Shown: piece after piece, positions 59,230 through 64,000 of the stretch
Position numbering within the stretch: position 1 is the first letter of the stretch
Layout of the letters: each line of letters opens with the position of its first letter
Origin: a candidate division FCPU426 bacterium
GTDB taxonomy: Bacteria > Oederibacteriota > Muellerivitia > Muellerivitales > Muellerivitaceae
Reading direction: 5' to 3'
Assembly: GCA_963719085.1 (NCBI GenBank)
Contig: CAVRAL010000001.1
Span: forward strand, 448,001-512,000
Length of the DNA: 64,000 nucleotides
Translations under genes and position numbers: made by a program
The notes under the pieces: model-generated
Told to the model about the DNA's origin: nothing
The model's database searches: none
What the model saw: the letters and a program-made list of their open reading frames with translations, nothing else

Positions 59230-59568
59230 ATGATTCCGCTTGAGCCCATACAGCCGATTCAAACAGCGATCGCCCCGATTCAAGCGGTCTTGAATCCCAT
59301 GGGGACGTCGCCGGTGGACCCGATGCCGGCGGTGGCGGAGAACTCCGCGGTTAATTTCAAGGATTTGATGAAGAGCGCTTTGAGCGACTTGAACGCCAGT
59401 CAGGTGAACGCCAGCGACGCCATTCAGAATTTGGCGTCCGGCGGGGACGCTAATTTGCACGATGTGATTATTTCGATGGAACAGGCGGGCATGACGCTTC
59501 AATACGCCATTGAGATTCGTAACAAGCTTCTGGATGCCTATCAATCCGTTATTCAAATGCAGATTTGA
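59230..59568 (+). CDS. fliE: Flagellar hook-basal body protein FliE
   Basis: LHDVII, EIRNKLLDAYQ..MQI. Confidence 0.93.
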   Translation: MIPLEPIQPIQTAIAPIQAVLNPMGTSPVDPMPAVAENSAVNFKDLMKSALSDLNASQVNASDAIQNLASGGDANLHDVIISMEQAGMTLQYAIEIRNKLLDAYQSVIQMQI

Positions 59569-59579
59569 CGTTAGTTGAT

Positions 59580-59607
59580 GGCGTCCCCCAGGGGGGCGCC
59601 TATTTTT
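59580..59607 (+). terminator. GC-rich hairpin / weak terminator between fliE and fliF
   Basis: ggcgtcccc...gggggcgcc followed by tattttt. Confidence 0.45.
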
Positions 59608-59626
59608 GCGTGAGGACGAGGAATCC

Positions 59627-61282
59627 TTGAATAATTTTTTCCAACAATTAATTCAACAGCTGCGGGATGTTTGGGGTCGTTTTAACAATACCCAAAGGGC
59701 CCTTTTAATCGCCATTCCCGCCCTGGTTTTGATCCTCTTTTTGTCCCTTATTCTTGTCTCGACCAAGTCGAAATACGAGATCTTATATTCCCATCTTTCC
59801 CAAAAAGACGCGGCGGACGTGACGACGGAGCTGAAGAAAAACAATGTTCCTTACCGGCTGGAGTCCAAGGATGATTCGGTGATTGTCCTGGTTCCGTCCG
59901 AAAAAGTTTATGACTCCCGGTTGGCCTTGGCGGGCGAAGGCTTGCCCAAGGGCAATGGGGTGGGCTACGAGATATTCGATCAGACTAAATGGGGGACCAC
60001 CGATTTTACCCAGAAGGTGAATTATAAGAGGGCGCTCGAAGGGGAATTGCAGCGCACGATCGAAAGCTTGCAAGAAATCGACGCCGCCCGCGTCAATATC
60101 GTGATTCCCGAACCCGAGCTTTTCACCGAACAAGAAAAGCCCACCACGGCTTCGGTGGTGTTGCAACTCAAGCCTGAGGCGGAATTGAAAAAAGAACAGG
60201 TGCGGGGAATCGTTCATTTGGTGGCGGCCAGCGTGGAAGGCTTGAAGCCGGAGAACGTCAATGTGATCGATGGAAATGGCAATATCCTCTCGAACTTCAT
60301 CCAGGAAGAGGCGGAAGACAATAATTCGGATTCGGTGACCGACGGGTCGAACCTCACCCAGCAAGCCAAATTGACTTTGCATCAGATGGAAGTTCAGCAG
60401 AATTTCGAAAAAGACCTGGAACGCAAAATTACCACCATGCTGACCAAGGTTTTGGGCAATGACCGCTTGGCGGTTTCGGTGTCCGCAGAGCTTGATTTTG
60501 ACAAGGCGGAAAACGACTCGGAAATTTATGAGCCTGTGGTGGATGGCCAGGGCATCGCCCGGTCCACCCAAACGAAGAAAGAACAATATGTGGGCGACGG
60601 ATACCCCTCCAATGTGGTGGGCGGGGTTCCGGGCACGGATTCCAATATTCCCGGTTACCAAGCGGTGGTCGGCAACGGCAATAATTCCCAATATTCCCGC
60701 GAGGAGAATACGACCAATTACGAGATCAACCGCACCGTCAAGCATGACGTGGTGGCGCCGGGCTCCCCCAAGCGTATTTCGGTGGGCGTGTTTGTCGATA
60801 ATTTGCAGCCGCAACAAGTGGATGACATTAAGACGGCTGTGGTTGCGGCGGCCGGTTTGGATTTGAATCGGGGAGACCAGGTGGCGGTCGAGAATATGCC
60901 GTTTGATAACTCTCAGGAATTGGCCAGCATGAAGGAGAGCCAGATGGAGACTCAACAAAACTTTTATCTGTCGCTGGGCAAGATCGGATTATTGGTCTTG
61001 ATGGTTTTAGGCATCCTGCTTTTCCTGAGGTCCCTGTTAAAGCCCAAGCGGGAAAAGAAATACGTGGACTCGCCGGATGACCTGGACATGGGCGAGACGA
61101 TGCCCATGCCCCAAGTGGAAGACATTATTACCAATGATATCTCGCCGGAAGAATTGGCCCGAGCGGAAGCCGCCCGGGAAGCCAAAAAGCGCGAGGCGAT
61201 TCGTTTGGAAGTGGCGGATTTGGCGAACAAGCATCCTGAAAATGTGGCTCAAATTATCAAGAAATGGCTCTCTGAGGAGTAG
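59627..61282 (+). CDS. fliF: Flagellar MS-ring protein FliF
   Basis: GYEIFD, RALEGEL.RTI, ASVEGL, PGTDSN, NYE, RGD; two TM segments; IKKWL. Confidence 0.95.
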   Translation: MNNFFQQLIQQLRDVWGRFNNTQRALLIAIPALVLILFLSLILVSTKSKYEILYSHLSQKDAADVTTELKKNNVPYRLESKDDSVIVLVPSEKVYDSRLALAGEGLPKGNGVGYEIFDQTKWGTTDFTQKVNYKRALEGELQRTIESLQEIDAARVNIVIPEPELFTEQEKPTTASVVLQLKPEAELKKEQVRGIVHLVAASVEGLKPENVNVIDGNGNILSNFIQEEAEDNNSDSVTDGSNLTQQAKLTLHQMEVQQNFEKDLERKITTMLTKVLGNDRLAVSVSAELDFDKAENDSEIYEPVVDGQGIARSTQTKKEQYVGDGYPSNVVGGVPGTDSNIPGYQAVVGNGNNSQYSREENTTNYEINRTVKHDVVAPGSPKRISVGVFVDNLQPQQVDDIKTAVVAAAGLDLNRGDQVAVENMPFDNSQELASMKESQMETQQNFYLSLGKIGLLVLMVLGILLFLRSLLKPKREKKYVDSPDDLDMGETMPMPQVEDIITNDISPEELARAEAAREAKKREAIRLEVADLANKHPENVAQIIKKWLSEE

Positions 61283-61287
61283 CTTTC

Positions 61288-62307
61288 ATGGCGAAGTCCG
61301 ATAAAAAAGTCGCGTTAACCGGCGAGCAAAAGGCCGCTGCCCTTTTAATTACACTGGGCCCGGAACTGGCTGCCAAGGTTTATCAGCACTTAAAAGAAGA
61401 GACGGTCGAGCAAGTCACCTTGCAAATCGCCAATCTTCGGCGCATTACGCCCGAGGAAAAAGATTCGGTGATGCAGGAAGTGATGAATATCGCCGCCGCC
61501 CAGGAATATATTTCCCAGGGCGGGGTGGAGTACGCGCATGAGATTCTGGAAAAGGCCTTAGGCGCCAACAAGGCGATGGAAATCATCAACCGTCTGCAGG
61601 GTTCCCTGCAGATGACGCCTTTTGATTACATCAAAAGAACCGATCCCCAACAGCTCCTGAATTTCATCCAGTCCGAGCATCCCCAGACCATCGCCTTGAT
61701 CCTGGCCCATTTAACCCCGGACCATGCCGCGATCATTTTGGGCGCCTTGCCGGCGGAGATTCAAGTGGATGTGGCCACCCGCATCGCGATTCTGGACCGC
61801 GCGGCGCCGGACGTGGTCATGGAAATTGAGCGGGTTCTGGAACGCCGGATTTCGTCCATCTTCACCCAAGAGTTCACCGCCGCTGGCGGCGTGCGGGCCT
61901 TGGCGGAAGTCTTGAACCGGGCCGACCGTTCGACCGAAAAGGCCATTATGGAAAAACTGGAAGAACAGAATCCCGAATTGGCCGAGGAAGTCAAGCGCCT
62001 CATGTTTGTCTTTGACGACTTGATCAATTTGGACAACCGCACCATCCAGCAGGTTCTGCGCGAGGTCGACGCCAAGGACTTGGCTTTGGCCTTGAAGGGC
62101 GCGAAAGAAGAAGTGAAGGACCACCTGCTCAAGAACATGTCCAGCCGCGCGAAGGCCATGATTTTGGAAGACATGGAAGTGATGGGGCCGGTTCGCTTGA
62201 AGCACGCGGAAGAAGCCCAGCAGAAGATCGTGAACGTGGTTCGCCAGCTCGAGGAGATGGGCGAAATTGTCGTCGCCCGCGGCGGCGAAGAAGAAGTGAT
62301 GATTTAA
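61288..62307 (+). CDS. fliG: Flagellar motor switch protein FliG
   Basis: KAAALL, GGVEYA, EHPQTIALILA, MFVFDD, ALALKG, NMSSRA. Confidence 0.97.
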   Translation: MAKSDKKVALTGEQKAAALLITLGPELAAKVYQHLKEETVEQVTLQIANLRRITPEEKDSVMQEVMNIAAAQEYISQGGVEYAHEILEKALGANKAMEIINRLQGSLQMTPFDYIKRTDPQQLLNFIQSEHPQTIALILAHLTPDHAAIILGALPAEIQVDVATRIAILDRAAPDVVMEIERVLERRISSIFTQEFTAAGGVRALAEVLNRADRSTEKAIMEKLEEQNPELAEEVKRLMFVFDDLINLDNRTIQQVLREVDAKDLALALKGAKEEVKDHLLKNMSSRAKAMILEDMEVMGPVRLKHAEEAQQKIVNVVRQLEEMGEIVVARGGEEEVMI

Positions 62308-62341
62308 GTGGCGTTTCCATCGGCAAAGGCGGTTTGAGGTT

Positions 62342-63253
62342 ATGGGCAAAGGTGTTTTATCCGATCGCCAATATCAATATTCGGACCAAGGGTATGTGGT
62401 CGATAACGTTTATTGGCAGGATGAGATCAAGCGCCGTGCCTGGGAAGAGGCGAACCGTCAGCAAGAGGATTTGAAAAGCGCCGGACTGGTGTCGGGCGAT
62501 TTTCAGGCTTTTGTTCCCGAAAGTTTCGAGGGAGCGGTTTCGGCGCCCGTGGCGGCCGAGGAGCCGGCGGTGCCGGTGATCGACGAGGCTGAAGCGACGC
62601 GGCTTCAAGCCGAAGAAACGGCCCGGCAGTTGGAAGCGGCCGCGGCCCTGAAGGCCGCCGAGATTGAGAACGCGGCGAAATTAAACGCCGAAAAAATGAT
62701 TACAGCGGCCACGGAAACGGCCCGGGTTGAGAGTGAGAAAATAAAGGCTGAAGCCGTTGAGGGGGGCCGAAAAGAAGGGCATGAACTGGGCTATCAGGCA
62801 GGCCTTACGGCCGGTCAAGAGGAAGGCAAAAAGACCTATTCCGGCGTGGTCAATGACTTGAACTCGGTTTTTCAAAAGACGGTTGAGGAACGAAAGAAAC
62901 TTTTAGGTGAAATGAAGCCCCTTTTGATTGAGCTCGTGGGCGAGGCTTTGCAAGCCTGTCTTAAAAAAAAGGCGAAGAACGGCGCGATCGTCGTTCACTT
63001 TGTCGAGGAAGCCTTAAAAAAGGCCTTGGGCCGTACCAAATTGATGGTGCATTTAAACCCCGCGGATGTGGAAGCGGTGGAAGCGGAAGTTCAGAATTTG
63101 CAGTTGGCGGTTGGGGCCGGGGAAATCGAGCTGGTGCCGGACGCGCGGATCGAGCAAGGCGGATGCCTGCTGGAAACCGAGGCGGGTTCGGTGGACGCCC
63201 AGATTCCCACGGTGGTTTCGCAGGTGAAGGCCGCTTTAGGCGATGAGGCCTAG
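62342..63253 (+). CDS. fliH: Flagellar assembly protein FliH
   Basis: GxxxG repeats (EGGRKEGHELGYQAG), HLNPAD, GGCLLET..GSVDA. Confidence 0.9.
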   Translation: MGKGVLSDRQYQYSDQGYVVDNVYWQDEIKRRAWEEANRQQEDLKSAGLVSGDFQAFVPESFEGAVSAPVAAEEPAVPVIDEAEATRLQAEETARQLEAAAALKAAEIENAAKLNAEKMITAATETARVESEKIKAEAVEGGRKEGHELGYQAGLTAGQEEGKKTYSGVVNDLNSVFQKTVEERKKLLGEMKPLLIELVGEALQACLKKKAKNGAIVVHFVEEALKKALGRTKLMVHLNPADVEAVEAEVQNLQLAVGAGEIELVPDARIEQGGCLLETEAGSVDAQIPTVVSQVKAALGDEA

Positions 63254-63273
63254 AGCTTGAGGAGGGGGATGGC

Positions 63274-64000
63274 GTGAACTCAGTTTTAAATGATGTCCTT
63301 CCCTCAATGGATGAGTTTAAAGATCGTTTAGGCCGGTTGGAAGTGACCCGGGAAAACGGCCGGGTGGAGCAGATTGTTGGATTGGTCATCGAGTCCGTGG
63401 GGCCGGTGTCCTCCATCGGGGAGGCTTGTTGGATCACGCCGAACGAGGCGGATTGCCCGCCGGTTCTGGCTGAGGTGGTGGGTTTCCGGCAAAACCGGGT
63501 TTTGCTCATGCCGCTGGGTGAGATGCGGGGGCTGGGGCCGGGAAGCCAAGTGGTAAAGACGGGCGCCCCGTTTAAGATCAACGTGGGTTCGGCGCTTTTG
63601 GGAAGGACCTTGGACGCGATGGGGCAGCCCATTGACGGTAAAGGGCCCCTGCCGAAAATGGACGAGCACTACGCGATTCATCGGGAGCCGCCGCCTTCCA
63701 TGGAGCGGCGCCGGATTGAGAAGCCGGTTTCGACGGGAGTGCGGGTTTTGGATGGGTTGGCGACTTTAGGCGAAGGGCAAAGGCTTGGGATTTTCGCCGG
63801 CTCCGGGGTGGGCAAGAGCACGCTTCTGGGAATGGTGGGAAAAAACACCGAAGCGGACATCAATGTGATCGCCTTGATCGGCGAGCGGGGCCGGGAAGTC
63901 CGGGACTTTCTGGAACGGGATTTGGGATCCAAGGGGTTGGAACGAACGGTAGTGGTGGTGGCCACCTCGGACCAATCGTCTCTGCTTCGGATTCAAGCGG
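63274..64000 (+). CDS. fliI: Flagellar export ATPase FliI, 3'-truncated by the window
   Basis: Own translation from GTG 63274: GRVEQIVGLVIES, GQRLGIFAGSGVGKSTLLGM (Walker A), ALIGERGREV, VVVATSD. Confidence 0.95.
   Translation, partial: MNSVLNDVLPSMDEFKDRLGRLEVTRENGRVEQIVGLVIESVGPVSSIGEACWITPNEADCPPVLAEVVGFRQNRVLLMPLGEMRGLGPGSQVVKTGAPFKINVGSALLGRTLDAMGQPIDGKGPLPKMDEHYAIHREPPPSMERRRIEKPVSTGVRVLDGLATLGEGQRLGIFAGSGVGKSTLLGMVGKNTEADINVIALIGERGREVRDFLERDLGSKGLERTVVVVATSDQSSLLRIQA

Overview
Chromosomal segment of a flagellated, probably diderm bacterium. Almost all genes are on the + strand. The Thr-rich secreted proteins remind me of poorly characterised candidate phyla such as FCPU426, but that is inference only. 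Housekeeping content: gmd-fcl, nagZ/rlpA, pyrF-pyrE, typA, rimO-pgsA-pgpA-cinA-thpR, rmuC, trxA, secDF, yggS-proC-yggT-punA-mtnA, a bS22-like small protein, a GAF-GGDEF cyclase, a MerR-type regulator and the start of a flagellar operon (flgBC-fliEFGHI). No tRNA, rRNA, CRISPR array, transposase or prophage gene was recognised. Three things stand out. (1) Three adjacent large secreted proteins (GH5; DUF11/FlgD-like; GH116+malectin) share long (Thr-X)n stalks and a ~90-aa C-terminal domain resembling a T9SS type-A sorting signal. (2) About 11 non-coding intergenic elements in four sequence families share one architecture: tandem 7-10-nt units, a variable loop, then inverted tandem units. They sit between co-directional genes, two copies are homologous in opposite orientations, and one carries a nested insertion. 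(3) A protein with the Thermotoga Omp-alpha-like layout: SLH-like domain, coiled coil, C-terminal membrane anchor. All calls come from motif recognition by eye; no searches were run.
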